Notes: a model not told the origin generated them from the sequence alone. DNA of 64,000 bases from an uncultured bacterium (GCA_964448115.1 CAYUVA010000012.1:7769-71768); one strand, 5' to 3'; counted from the stretch's first letter, positions 9,901 to 18,799 are shown. Translations and numbers: made by a program.

Positions 9901-10126
9901 TAGTTTAAGCCTCCAGGCATACCAGGAGGCAGCCGAAATGGCTCAAAAAGGGGGAGCCTCATTGACCCTGGCAGAGGTGTATTTTGAGATGGGTCAGGTG
10001 TTCCTAATGGAAAAAAGGCGAGATAAGGCGATTGGGCACTTGAATAAAGCCAGGGAGATCTTCCTTCAACTAGGGAATTCAGAGATGGTGGCTGCAATCG
10101 ATAAGCTCTTAAAGCCACGAGAATGA
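6971..10126 (+). CDS. Class III nucleotidyl cyclase - STAND/AAA NTPase - TPR multidomain signalling protein
   Basis: Cyclase domain: LSILFADISGFTSL ... DKFLGDAA ... TVIGDEVNLASRIE (metal Asp, transition-state Asn and Arg present). P-loop: VAVTGDTGIGKTEL. TPR-like repeats fill the C-terminal third or so. TTG at 6971 is the first start-type codon in frame after the stop at 6949 and sits 5 nt after the upstream stop. There is no in-frame ATG before the cyclase domain. Confidence 0.88.
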   Translation: MLNNRPGLHLFYYSLTEKQKKSESLQELVSSFVPEHILPYLSEQRLLTFKGERRRLSILFADISGFTSLSEQLDPEQVIGLVNQFFLRVIEISRSKLGVVDKFLGDAALIIFGASRYTGLESVLAIKTALELVRMVESEKFTILNSSEPIKIGIKVGINTGRVVAGIVGGKHKREYTVIGDEVNLASRIEDLAQTGEILVSHQTMLEAKDHFEFEDLGYKKLKGKSEPLRIYKVLGSKKIGKVIEKKRQLFRFVDREKEIASFEELLRSDNKSIRSVAVTGDTGIGKTELIGKLRDKLQQVNYQIFEAGGQGWWGETVLAPVRAVFRQLLKTQEVPLDRLKEYLDEALAAIADKTWHKQADREVSKELINDPNIEDLLFFLCSHTDNYSLIEHLGSSRLRENILALLSLVASAKSHEAPISFIFDDLEGYDSLSVEVISDLVASRAIEGAIIILGYERSYFKADLLNNRCDLVLVLKPLEPGMLRAAASMFVKKHPQVSPIMNRIIQASGGIPLVFKEMLNALAQQPAESLEKASTSLLGDLQGSQALEQVALSRFDALSVLQKDIIRFASILDAPFSIDLIARFFPFDKELVHDEIKLLADRGFFTTSQSPSGQVVYKLARPFFADAIYQTILKDQRREMHQKIADTLESLSYHDPNRSNRSLALHFHHAGIDHKAYYYLLDLAESLSSVDAHREAIEYLELAGMHLPGSPSDKANERARLNLKLGSSYEALGMWDKAQNIYLETVAIFRDAKDINEITAKAYASLGSILINKGEWKAAQSYLDKANSYYIEKEDLEGMFNTYNQRGILEIQQGNLEAGFGFFNKALECGQRLKDPRLQSSALVNLGIAYNISGKRKDAIAAYLKSLPLFEFMGDFNAIARTYHNLGMTYRDLKRFKDAENYYRKALEILRRCMDYHLSGMTYMNLSDALGEQGDTRAALSFNERAEQFLMRVGDELALADCRRIKGKILHKAGKNSLSLQAYQEAAEMAQKGGASLTLAEVYFEMGQVFLMEKRRDKAIGHLNKAREIFLQLGNSEMVAAIDKLLKPRE

Positions 10127-10136
10127 ACCCGCTGGA

Positions 10137-10841
10137 TTATTCCTCCTTCAGGTGTTTTTTTATGATCCCCAGAAATTGTTGATTATCCTTTAGCTTCTCG
10201 AAGTCTATGTCATCCCAGGCATACTGCGCCATCCGTTCATCCTTGCAAACTGCCTTCTGAACCCTAGAGATAGCATCCTCCAGCCTGTTGTAACGAGCAT
10301 GGATGGAGGCGATATAGTAGTGAGCCTCTGCCTCGTTCTCACGGTTGGCAATAGCCTTCTCGAATGCCTGTAAAGCCTCATCGAAATTGTTGGAGGCGTA
10401 GTAATAAACCGCACTGCTAAAGTCGCTCATATCGGCATCGACAATATTTCCCTTAATATTCTTCTTGTTATCGAAGTATCTTTTCAGATAGTTGGAGGCT
10501 ACGTGTCGTAGTGAGATATCTGCTGATTCCTGACCAAGGATGGTGTTAAGCAACCTCTCAGCCTCTTTCTTCTTCCTATTCTGCAACGATATTAGTGCCT
10601 TATCCAATAATTTTTCAAGATCTACCGATGTTGGTACAGATTGTGCTTTAGGTTTCGGCTTAGGGGGTGCTTTTTTTCTTTTAACTTGACTGGTAGTTGC
10701 CTTTTGTTTTTTTACCTTTGAGCGCTTATTTCTTACCGCCGATTTTGTTACGCCATATCTTTCAGCAAGCTGTGTATCGGTCAATCCATCGGGGTTATAT
10801 ACGATGTCATAGACCTCATCATCATTCCATTTTTTAGGCAT
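10137..10841 (-). CDS. Hypothetical protein with N-terminal HTH-like region, Lys-rich linker and C-terminal TPR-like repeats
   Basis: QLAERYGVTKSAVRNKR (HTH-like), then KRKKAPPKPKPKAQ, then TPR-like YYYASNNFDEALQAFEKAI. GGGAGGAG RBS upstream of the ATG at 10841. Confidence 0.7.
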   Translation of the reverse strand: MPKKWNDDEVYDIVYNPDGLTDTQLAERYGVTKSAVRNKRSKVKKQKATTSQVKRKKAPPKPKPKAQSVPTSVDLEKLLDKALISLQNRKKKEAERLLNTILGQESADISLRHVASNYLKRYFDNKKNIKGNIVDADMSDFSSAVYYYASNNFDEALQAFEKAIANRENEAEAHYYIASIHARYNRLEDAISRVQKAVCKDERMAQYAWDDIDFEKLKDNQQFLGIIKKHLKEE

Positions 10842-11091
10842 GAATGGCTTCTCCTCCCTACATTGAAGGTTTAAGAAAACGGTTTTTAGTGATAAAGTAC
10901 CTCATAAAAATAGACCAGGGCGGGCAATCCGCCAAAACATTGACCATGTAATCAAGTCAATTGATAGCAGACATTTTCATCCAAGTCAAGTAAGCTGATT
11001 TCTCACCCACAAACTATGCATAATGATTAACCATATTCTTTCAAAATCCTCGCAATGATAATCGATGTAAACAGCGCTGAGGAATTGATTT

Positions 11092-11285
11092 TTTACAATT
11101 GTGTCGATAGGAGTTGATATACTTTCACCCTCAACAGAGGGCTTCAGCCCTCTGCTTCTATCAGCGGACTAAAGCCACGCTGTTGATGGGGCTTAATCAC
11201 TGGATACCCCCTTCGTGGGGACAGGCTTTTAGAGGAGATATTCCTACTAACTAAAGTCCCCTCTATCAAGAGGGGATTTAGGGGT
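11092..11285 (+). ncRNA. Candidate structured small RNA (promoter-like element, nested hairpins, terminator-like hairpin); strand and identity uncertain
   Basis: TTTACA (11092-11097), 20-nt spacer, TATACT (11118-11123). Hairpins: 11135-11154 (8-bp stem), 11162-11182 (5-bp stem), 11207-11220, and a strong 8-bp stem at 11257-11276 followed by TTTAGGGGTGTGTCTTTCTT. Alternative long-range pairing of 11128-11137 with 11180-11191. No ORF of 60 aa or more. Confidence 0.3.
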
Positions 11286-11366
11286 GTGTCTTTCTTCCCT
11301 TAATACCTCTTTTGAGGTCTTACTTAGACTTTAAGGGCATTTGTTCGCTCTATGGGCTGAGCTAGT

Positions 11367-12599
11367 TTATATGTTCTTGAGGTCGCGGCTACTTATGGAG
11401 AACGAGAACATAAGCTCCTCATCGAAGTTGGTGGCAAGCGCGAAGCTCATGGTTCCAGCACTGAATCCCATGGTGATATAAGAAGGCGTATCGCTTGTGG
11501 CTAGGTTTGCCAGGTACCCGCAGCGGAGGGCATAGAATCCCTCGGAGAAGGTCTTCTGCGCGCCTAAGCCAAAGAAGTGATAGCGCTGGTAGGTGTTTAT
11601 GGTCTTTTCCTTGGTGATATCGTAATCTAATGCTATGGTCCATGTCTTTGCAGGCATAACAGCAGCCCCAATCCTCGCTTGTGGTTTCAGCTCGGTTTTC
11701 TTGGTTATGAATGTCCCTTCATCGACCTTGATCTTGTATTTGAACTCAGGTCCATTGATGTTACGAGCCACGATTCCGACCGATAGCAGCTCCCGATACT
11801 CGTAATAGCATCCGAGATCAAGGGCATAACTACTTGTGGTAAGGCTTTCGCCCCTGGTTACGCTATCTTCCTCCACTTCGCTATCCTGCTCGGCGTTGTC
11901 CTGGATATTGTAGGTATAATGCGTCATTGAGCCGGTGATAAAGCGCAGCGTTCCCCCGAACTTGATATCGCCCTCGATGTAATCCCTCATCTCTTTTGTC
12001 AGAATGGATCTCCCATAAGAGACTCCCAGGTCTAAGCCGGCTCGCACTGCCAGGAACATCTTGCTTTGGTTGTAGTAAATCGAGTTGGGATCTACCAGGT
12101 AGTCAGAGGGATTGATGCGCTCCATATCGATTATGAAGTAATCATCCAGCACGGCGCCAAGCCCGATACTTAAAGCAAAGTTATTATATGAGACGGCGAG
12201 ATTCTTTCGGTACTTTACACTCAGATTAGTTCCCCGCTCGTTTATCTTTTGTAGTTTCCTGAGCAAGTTCGCATAATCATCGAGCGTTGGGTCATAGTAC
12301 TGTTCATCGTAAAGATTGGTATCGGAGAAGACATCCATTATATCATCGAACTTACCTAGAAAATCGTTGCCGTTGACCAGCTTGAAGATGGTCGGTGTAT
12401 AGGTAATCGCATTGCCAGACGGGATCAGCGCTGGATTGAAGTGTGCTGATGCAGCATCCAGCTTGATGCAGGCGAATGTACCCCCCATCCCCAGAGAGCG
12501 TGCATCGAACAGATCCGGCTCCAAAGCCATGGATTGGACTGAGAAAATACAAAGAAATAGGGGTATCGCAATTATCATCAAGCAACGAGCCGCTGCCAT
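11367..12599 (-). CDS. Putative outer-membrane beta-barrel protein with N-terminal signal peptide
   Basis: Signal peptide MAAARCLMIIAIPLFLCIFSVQSMA. Mature protein has alternating amphipathic Gly/aromatic-rich segments and is rich in Tyr, Gly and Asn. AAAGGAGG RBS upstream. Family assignment not possible by eye. Confidence 0.7.
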   Translation of the reverse strand: MAAARCLMIIAIPLFLCIFSVQSMALEPDLFDARSLGMGGTFACIKLDAASAHFNPALIPSGNAITYTPTIFKLVNGNDFLGKFDDIMDVFSDTNLYDEQYYDPTLDDYANLLRKLQKINERGTNLSVKYRKNLAVSYNNFALSIGLGAVLDDYFIIDMERINPSDYLVDPNSIYYNQSKMFLAVRAGLDLGVSYGRSILTKEMRDYIEGDIKFGGTLRFITGSMTHYTYNIQDNAEQDSEVEEDSVTRGESLTTSSYALDLGCYYEYRELLSVGIVARNINGPEFKYKIKVDEGTFITKKTELKPQARIGAAVMPAKTWTIALDYDITKEKTINTYQRYHFFGLGAQKTFSEGFYALRCGYLANLATSDTPSYITMGFSAGTMSFALATNFDEELMFSFSISSRDLKNI

Positions 12600-12745
12600 G
12601 TTAGCGACCTCCTTTTATGATTGAGTCTTCATCAGCGATCATACGCCATCTCGAAATTTAAAGCTATCATAATAAAGTCCTTGTTTCGGGATTAAAAGAT
12701 GCCTTGCATTGCATGCGGTTTTCTGCTTAATAATTAAGCTGCATT

Positions 12746-13930
12746 ATGACTGCGAGGGATGCAAACATAAATAAATACCTTTTAGCCATACACCTTGCCG
12801 ATGGTGTAGGCTCCGTTTTGTCTGATCGTCTGCTTACCGAGTTTCCTGATCCCAAGGAGATCTTCGATGCACCGATAAAAAGGCTGACCGCGATCAAAGG
12901 GATGAGCGAACGCATAGCCAGGAATATCAAAAATACCCTTGATTCGGAAAGGCTGAAGCAGGAATTGAAGTCTATTTCGGAGCATAAAGTTACCTTGATA
13001 ACCAGGCTCGATCCCGCTTATCCTGCAAACTTGAATAAAATAAAGGATCCACCGCTGGTATTGTATGTTCAAGGCAGATTAGCACCTGAAGATATTAACT
13101 CGGTTGCCATAGTCGGCACCAGAGAATGCAGTTACTACGGGATGAAGATGGCAGATTACTTTGCCAGGGAATTGGCAGCCAGGGGTATAACCGTGATCAG
13201 TGGCTTGGCGCGTGGAATCGACTCTTATGCCCACGCCGGTGCATTGAAGGAAGCCAAGGGAAGGACCATAGCTGTAGTCGCATCCGGTCTCGATATCGTT
13301 TATCCATCAGAGAACTACCAGCTAAAGAATATGATCGTAAACAAGGGAGCTGTGATCTCCGAGCTGCCTATGGGGACAAGACCGGATCGATCCAATTTTC
13401 CATCAAGAAATCGCCTGATCAGTGGTCTATCGCTCGGCGTTCTGATAGTGGAAGCGCCTGCGAAAAGCGGAGCACTGATCACCGCTGACATAGCCTTTGT
13501 TCAAGGGCGACTGGTCTTTGCGGTACCGGGCAGGGCAGACGATCAAGGAACAAAGGGCAATCTCAGGATACTCAAGAATGGTGCAAAGGTGGTCGCTGAT
13601 GTGAAGGATATCATAGACGAACTCGAATCGCTGCTCACCTTTCGACCAAAGAAGGACATTACACCTCAAAACGCAGTCATAGAAGGAGATTCGGCTGATC
13701 GGGTCAATAACGAGCTAGAAAAATCTACACCTAAAGGAACGCCACAGGGTCTATCTTCCGAAGAGGTAGCCGTATTCAACCTGCTGAGCGACTCACCGAG
13801 ATATATAGATGATCTGGCAAGCGAACTCGGCAAGCCGGTACACATTATCGGCTCCGTACTGCTTAAATTGGAGATCCTCGGATTAGCCATGCAATTGCCC
13901 GGCGGAATGTTCAAAAGAGCGGAAGAATAA
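12746..13930 (+). CDS. dprA: DNA processing protein A (DprA/Smf)
   Basis: Rossmann-like DprA core: VAIVGTRECSYYGMKMADYFARELAARGITVISGLARGIDSYAHAGAL ... SGALITADIAFVQGRLVFAVPG. The gene is adjacent to topA. Confidence 0.92.
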   Translation: MTARDANINKYLLAIHLADGVGSVLSDRLLTEFPDPKEIFDAPIKRLTAIKGMSERIARNIKNTLDSERLKQELKSISEHKVTLITRLDPAYPANLNKIKDPPLVLYVQGRLAPEDINSVAIVGTRECSYYGMKMADYFARELAARGITVISGLARGIDSYAHAGALKEAKGRTIAVVASGLDIVYPSENYQLKNMIVNKGAVISELPMGTRPDRSNFPSRNRLISGLSLGVLIVEAPAKSGALITADIAFVQGRLVFAVPGRADDQGTKGNLRILKNGAKVVADVKDIIDELESLLTFRPKKDITPQNAVIEGDSADRVNNELEKSTPKGTPQGLSSEEVAVFNLLSDSPRYIDDLASELGKPVHIIGSVLLKLEILGLAMQLPGGMFKRAEE

Positions 13931-13932
13931 AA

Positions 13933-16104
13933 ATGGCGCAAAAATCATTGATAATAGTGGAATCGCCGGCAAAGGCTAAGACCATAAACAAGATCCTCGG
14001 TTCCGGGTTCTTTGTCAAATCATCGGTTGGACATATAAAAGATCTGCCCCAGAAGAGGTTAGGGATCGATATCGATCATGATTTCAGACCCGAATTCGTG
14101 GTAATGCCCGGCAAATTGAAGGTCCTAATGGAGCTTAAGAAGGCTGCCCAGAACGCGGATCAGATACTGCTGGCAGCGGATCCGGATCGCGAGGGCGAGG
14201 CTATATGCTGGCATCTTTACGAGGAGCTTCGAAAGGAGAATCAACGGATACATCGCGTGTTGTTCACCGAGATCACTCCCAATGTAGTCAAACAGGCGAT
14301 CAAGTCGCCAATAGGCATCGATTCTAATAAGATCGAGGCTCAGTTGGCTCGTCGCATCTTGGATAGGCTGGTCGGCTATCAGATCAGCCCCCTGCTTTGG
14401 CGTAAGGTATCCAAGGGCTTGAGCGCCGGCAGAGTACAATCGGTGGCGGTGAGGCTGATCTGCGAGCGCGAGCGGGAGATACTCGCCTTTGTGCCCGAAG
14501 AATACTGGTCGATCAATGCCCTGCTTCAGGGAAGCAAACCGGGTAGATTCGAGGCTGGATTGAAGAAGATAGATGGCAAGAACTTCAAGCTCTCCAATCA
14601 AGACGAGGCAAAGGCTGTAGTTGACGAAGCCAGTAAACAGGAGTTCATACTCGATAACATCAACAAAAAGACCAAAAGGCGCAATCCTTACCCACCTTAT
14701 ATTACCAGTACCCTTACCCAGGATGCCTCGATTCGATTAAGGTTCAGCCCCAAGAAGACAATGCGCTTGGCTCAGGATCTATACGAGGGAATAGAGATCG
14801 GGAACAAGGGTCCAGTGGGTCTTATTACCTACATGAGAACCGACTCGGTGCGCATATCAAAGGATTTCGTGCAAGAAGCTAGGCAGTTCATCGCTGATAA
14901 CTTCTCATCCAAGCACATTCCTTCAAAGCCGAATATTTATAAAAGCTCCAAGTCCGCTCAGGAGGCACATGAGGCGATAAGACCCACATCGATGGCTAAT
15001 ACCCCAGAATCATTGAAGAATTATCTGAGAAGGGATCAATATTTAGTTTACAAGCTGATCTGGGATAGATTCGTAGCCTCGCAGATGTCGCCGGCTCAGT
15101 TCTTTGTTACCACCTTCACAATCAAGGCAGGCAGGTTCACTTTCCAAGCTAGCGGACAACAGATGATCTTTGATGGATTCCTGGCTGTCTATCAGGATCA
15201 TAAACCAGAGAAAAATGGCGATGATAATAATGAGAAAGAACCTGCTGCAGTGCTGCCCGAACTTAAAAAAGGAGAGAAACTCAGTCTGATCGAACTCAAC
15301 AAGAAACAGCACTTTACAACACCACCCCCTAGATACAGCGAGGCTTCGCTGATAAAAGAGCTGGAGCAAAACGGGGTAGGAAGACCGAGCACTTATGCAG
15401 CCATAATAAGTACCATCCTGGATCGCAACTATGTGGAACTGAACAAACGCAAGTTCCAGCCGACAGAGCTGGGCTTCCTAGTAAACGACCTGCTAGTGGA
15501 GAACTTCCCTCGCATACTGGATGTCAAGTTCACTGCCCAGATGGAGGAAAGCCTCGATAAAATAGAGCTTGGCAAGCTGGATCGCCTTAAGCTGCTTGAT
15601 TCTTTTTACCGGGATTTTCATGCCGCACTTAAGGAGGCAGAAAAGAAGATGCGGGAGGTGAAGAAGGAGATCACCGAGACCGACGAGAAGTGCGAGCTTT
15701 GCGGAAGCAAAATGATCATACGAATGGGCAAAAACGGCAGATTCCTCGGATGTTCAGCATTCCCCAAATGCAAGTTCACCAAGCCGCTGAATGATCAAGA
15801 TAACGCAATTGATAAGCAGGCTGAATCAATAAGTGATCTCGGCAATTGCCCGCAGTGCGGATCTCCTTTGGCACTCAAAAGGGGTAAGTACGGACCCTTT
15901 ATCGCCTGTACTGGTTACCCCAAGTGTAGATATACTAAACCTTTCGTGCTCGATATCCCATGCCCTAAAGATGGCTGCGACGGTAAGATAGTGCCTAAGC
16001 GCTCAAAGAAGGGCAAGACATTCTATGTATGCTCCAATAGTCCCAAATGCGACTTCATCGCCTTTAAGCGACCACAAGCAAAGGGAAAAACGAAAAAATC
16101 TTAA
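13933..16104 (+). CDS. topA: DNA topoisomerase I
   Basis: TOPRIM: LIIVESPAKAKTINKILG ... SVGHIKDLP. Catalytic region: LITYMRTDS. Three C-terminal Cys4 zinc ribbons (CELCGSKM...CSAFPKC; CPQCGSP...CTGYPKC; CPKDGCDGK...CSNSPKC). Confidence 0.95.
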   Translation: MAQKSLIIVESPAKAKTINKILGSGFFVKSSVGHIKDLPQKRLGIDIDHDFRPEFVVMPGKLKVLMELKKAAQNADQILLAADPDREGEAICWHLYEELRKENQRIHRVLFTEITPNVVKQAIKSPIGIDSNKIEAQLARRILDRLVGYQISPLLWRKVSKGLSAGRVQSVAVRLICEREREILAFVPEEYWSINALLQGSKPGRFEAGLKKIDGKNFKLSNQDEAKAVVDEASKQEFILDNINKKTKRRNPYPPYITSTLTQDASIRLRFSPKKTMRLAQDLYEGIEIGNKGPVGLITYMRTDSVRISKDFVQEARQFIADNFSSKHIPSKPNIYKSSKSAQEAHEAIRPTSMANTPESLKNYLRRDQYLVYKLIWDRFVASQMSPAQFFVTTFTIKAGRFTFQASGQQMIFDGFLAVYQDHKPEKNGDDNNEKEPAAVLPELKKGEKLSLIELNKKQHFTTPPPRYSEASLIKELEQNGVGRPSTYAAIISTILDRNYVELNKRKFQPTELGFLVNDLLVENFPRILDVKFTAQMEESLDKIELGKLDRLKLLDSFYRDFHAALKEAEKKMREVKKEITETDEKCELCGSKMIIRMGKNGRFLGCSAFPKCKFTKPLNDQDNAIDKQAESISDLGNCPQCGSPLALKRGKYGPFIACTGYPKCRYTKPFVLDIPCPKDGCDGKIVPKRSKKGKTFYVCSNSPKCDFIAFKRPQAKGKTKKS

Positions 16105-16282
16105 GAGATCTCCTCAAGATATATAAGGTTGTGTCCCACCGCCGGGGCAAGGACTGGATGTCCGTTCGCCCGTGTATGTATAAGACAAGCTAATAATATT
16201 CGTGAAAGTGGCTCTAAAGAACCTTTTTTGCATTTTGTTGGCGAAAATATTAAAAAAACGCCAATGAAAAAGGAAAAAGCTA

Positions 16283-16702
16283 ATGCAGACTAATGATTTC
16301 AGCTTTAATGATGAGCAGAACTTCTCCGAGATAAATGTCGTGCCGCTGGTAGATATAATACTGGTCTTGTTGATAATCTTCATGATAGCAGCTCCCATGA
16401 TGAAGGCGGGCATCGAGGTCGATCTCCCCGAGGCATCACCGAGACAGTTCAATGTCGATATCGAGGAGCGATATGTCATAAGCATCAGCGCCCAGGGCGA
16501 TGTTTATCTTAATCAATCGAAGATACCAATCGATGAGCTAGAGCAGAAGATAAGGCAATTATACCATAATAAGCCCGATAAGGGAGTTTTCTTGCAGGCA
16601 GATAAGCGCGTGCCCTATGGCATAGTCGTAAAGGTTATGGATCATCTAAAGCGCGCTGGTATCGAGAATCTAGGGGTGATAACCGAATCGCCAGAGAGAT
16701 AG
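16283..16702 (+). CDS. exbD: ExbD/TolR-family biopolymer transport protein
   Basis: INVVPLVDIILVLLIIFMIAAPMM, a single TM helix, then a periplasmic domain. 139 aa. Confidence 0.85.
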   Translation: MQTNDFSFNDEQNFSEINVVPLVDIILVLLIIFMIAAPMMKAGIEVDLPEASPRQFNVDIEERYVISISAQGDVYLNQSKIPIDELEQKIRQLYHNKPDKGVFLQADKRVPYGIVVKVMDHLKRAGIENLGVITESPER

Positions 16703-16741
16703 TTTTCTCGGACCCTTCACCATCATATAATAAAGGGATGT

Positions 16742-18787
16742 ATGTCATTAATCGTTCTAAAGGATATCAATAAAAGCTATCCCACCAAGGATCTATTCCA
16801 AGGCTTGAACCTTACGGTGAATGATGGGATGAAGATAGGCTTGCTGGGGCAGAATGGCATCGGTAAGACGACCCTGCTTAACATGATCGCTGGCTTGGAG
16901 GAGCCTGATAGCGGAGATGTCTTCATTAAAAAAGGCTTGCGTATCGGCTACATGGAGCAGGAAGAGAAAATGGATCCCTCAAACACGGTATTCGAGGAGA
17001 CCTTGAGGGTATTTTCTGAAATTCTTGATATGGAGCGCTCGATGCGCAGCATTGAAAAACAGATGTCGAATATTAGATACGCAAACGACCACGAATACAA
17101 GAGTAAGCTCGATGAACAATACGATAAACTAACCCAGTTGTACATCAATAAAGGTGGATACGAGATTCATAACCGGGTGGAGGCGGTGCTATTTGGGCTG
17201 GCATTCAGCAAGGCGACAATAAATTCACCCATATCAGAGCTATCTGGCGGTCAAATTCGCAAGATCGCGCTCGCCAAGCTTCTTCTACTTGAGCCAGATG
17301 TAATGCTGCTCGATGAGCCGACAAATCATCTGGACCTGGCATCGATCCTCTGGTTCGAGGAGTTCCTCAAGCAATATCCCAAGACCTTCATGCTGGTCAG
17401 CCATGATCGCTGGCTGCTCGCCGAGACGGTGAATCACTGCATCGAGATCGAGGATAAAAAGGCGGTCGTGTATGCGGGAGGCTTCGACTTTTACCTGGAC
17501 GAGAAACAAAGGCGCGCACAGCGGCTTGAACACCAATACGAGCTGCAAAGAAAGGAAATACGCAGGCAAGAGGAGTTCATCCGAAGAAATATAGCTGCCC
17601 AGAAGTCCAAGCAAGCCAAATCGCGAAGAAAGATGCTGCAAAAAATGGACAAGATAGACCTGCCGAGCAGAGAGAAAAAGCTCAGACACATCGATATAGT
17701 CAAATCGAGCAGAGGCGGTGCTTACACGGTTCGCATGGAAAATGTATCCTTCGGCTATGATAGGATGGCTCAACTCTTCACCGAGCTTAGCCTGGAGATC
17801 TACCGCGGGGAAAGCGTTGCACTTTTAGGAGCCAACGGCAGTGGCAAGACCACCCTTTTACGACTGATAATGGGTGAGTTAAAGCCGGATCTTGGCACCA
17901 TCAAGCTGGGACACGATATCAATATCGGCTACTTCGATCAGAGGTTGGCGATCATCAATCCCCAAAAGACCGTGCTTGAGGATGTTTGGGACGATTTTTC
18001 CCATCTCTCTTACATCGAGATGCGCGGCGAGCTAGGGCGTTTTCTTTTCGGTGATGACAAGGTAAACCGACCGGTTCATACCCTAAGCGGTGGAGAAAAA
18101 AGTCGATTATGCCTGCTGAAACTGATCCTGCGCAATCCTAATTTTCTTATCCTGGACGAGCCGACCAATCATCTTGATGTAAACTCCATAGAGGTCATCG
18201 AGGAGGCACTGCTTAGATATGATGGTACCGTACTTGTAGTCTCACACGACCGCAGCTTCCTGGACAACATAGTTGAGAGAATCCTTTATCTTAAGGACGG
18301 AAAAATCGAGGAATTCCTGGGCAGCTACGCGGAGATAAAAGGCAACATAGAGGCTATGCTTGCCGCAGATAACAAGCAAGGCGATTTTATAGAAACTGAA
18401 AAGGAAAAAGCCGATCTGGCTGCAAAAGAGAAAAAACAAGAAATAAAAAACATTCAATCACTAGAAAAAAGCGATCTTGCAAAAACGAAAAAGAAACGGA
18501 AAAAGAGAAAACCACCAACAACAGGTACTCCAAAAACCCTCAATAAAAACCCGGCTAGAGATAAAAATAAAAAGAATCAACGACTTGTCGAGCTTAAGCT
18601 AGAGCTACTCGAAAAGAAGATTTATGAAAAGGAGGAAAAACTCGCCCAGATCGCAAATAAACTCCAGGATGATGATACATACATCAATGGTGAACTCGTC
18701 CGCTCGTTAAACGATGAATACAAGCAGTTAAAAAAAGAGCTGGATGACCTATACTGGGAATGGAATGACATGACCAGGAATCTTTAA
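16742..18787 (+). CDS. ABC-F family ATPase (two ABC ATPase domains, no TM domain; Uup/EttA-like) with a Lys-rich coiled-coil C-terminus
   Basis: Walker A motifs LLGQNGIGKTTL and LLGANGSGKTTL. Signature motifs LSGGQIRKIALAKLL and LSGGEKSRLCLLKLI. Walker B motifs LLDEPTNHLD (twice). Inter-domain linker and a C-terminal KKRKKRK plus coiled coil. Confidence 0.92.
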   Translation: MSLIVLKDINKSYPTKDLFQGLNLTVNDGMKIGLLGQNGIGKTTLLNMIAGLEEPDSGDVFIKKGLRIGYMEQEEKMDPSNTVFEETLRVFSEILDMERSMRSIEKQMSNIRYANDHEYKSKLDEQYDKLTQLYINKGGYEIHNRVEAVLFGLAFSKATINSPISELSGGQIRKIALAKLLLLEPDVMLLDEPTNHLDLASILWFEEFLKQYPKTFMLVSHDRWLLAETVNHCIEIEDKKAVVYAGGFDFYLDEKQRRAQRLEHQYELQRKEIRRQEEFIRRNIAAQKSKQAKSRRKMLQKMDKIDLPSREKKLRHIDIVKSSRGGAYTVRMENVSFGYDRMAQLFTELSLEIYRGESVALLGANGSGKTTLLRLIMGELKPDLGTIKLGHDINIGYFDQRLAIINPQKTVLEDVWDDFSHLSYIEMRGELGRFLFGDDKVNRPVHTLSGGEKSRLCLLKLILRNPNFLILDEPTNHLDVNSIEVIEEALLRYDGTVLVVSHDRSFLDNIVERILYLKDGKIEEFLGSYAEIKGNIEAMLAADNKQGDFIETEKEKADLAAKEKKQEIKNIQSLEKSDLAKTKKKRKKRKPPTTGTPKTLNKNPARDKNKKNQRLVELKLELLEKKIYEKEEKLAQIANKLQDDDTYINGELVRSLNDEYKQLKKELDDLYWEWNDMTRNL

Positions 18788-18799
18788 TAATGCATAAGC

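Noticed and set aside
16140-16190. tRNA-like GTTCG segment in the topA-exbD spacer
   Set aside because: No acceptor stem or T-stem complementarity could be built around it.
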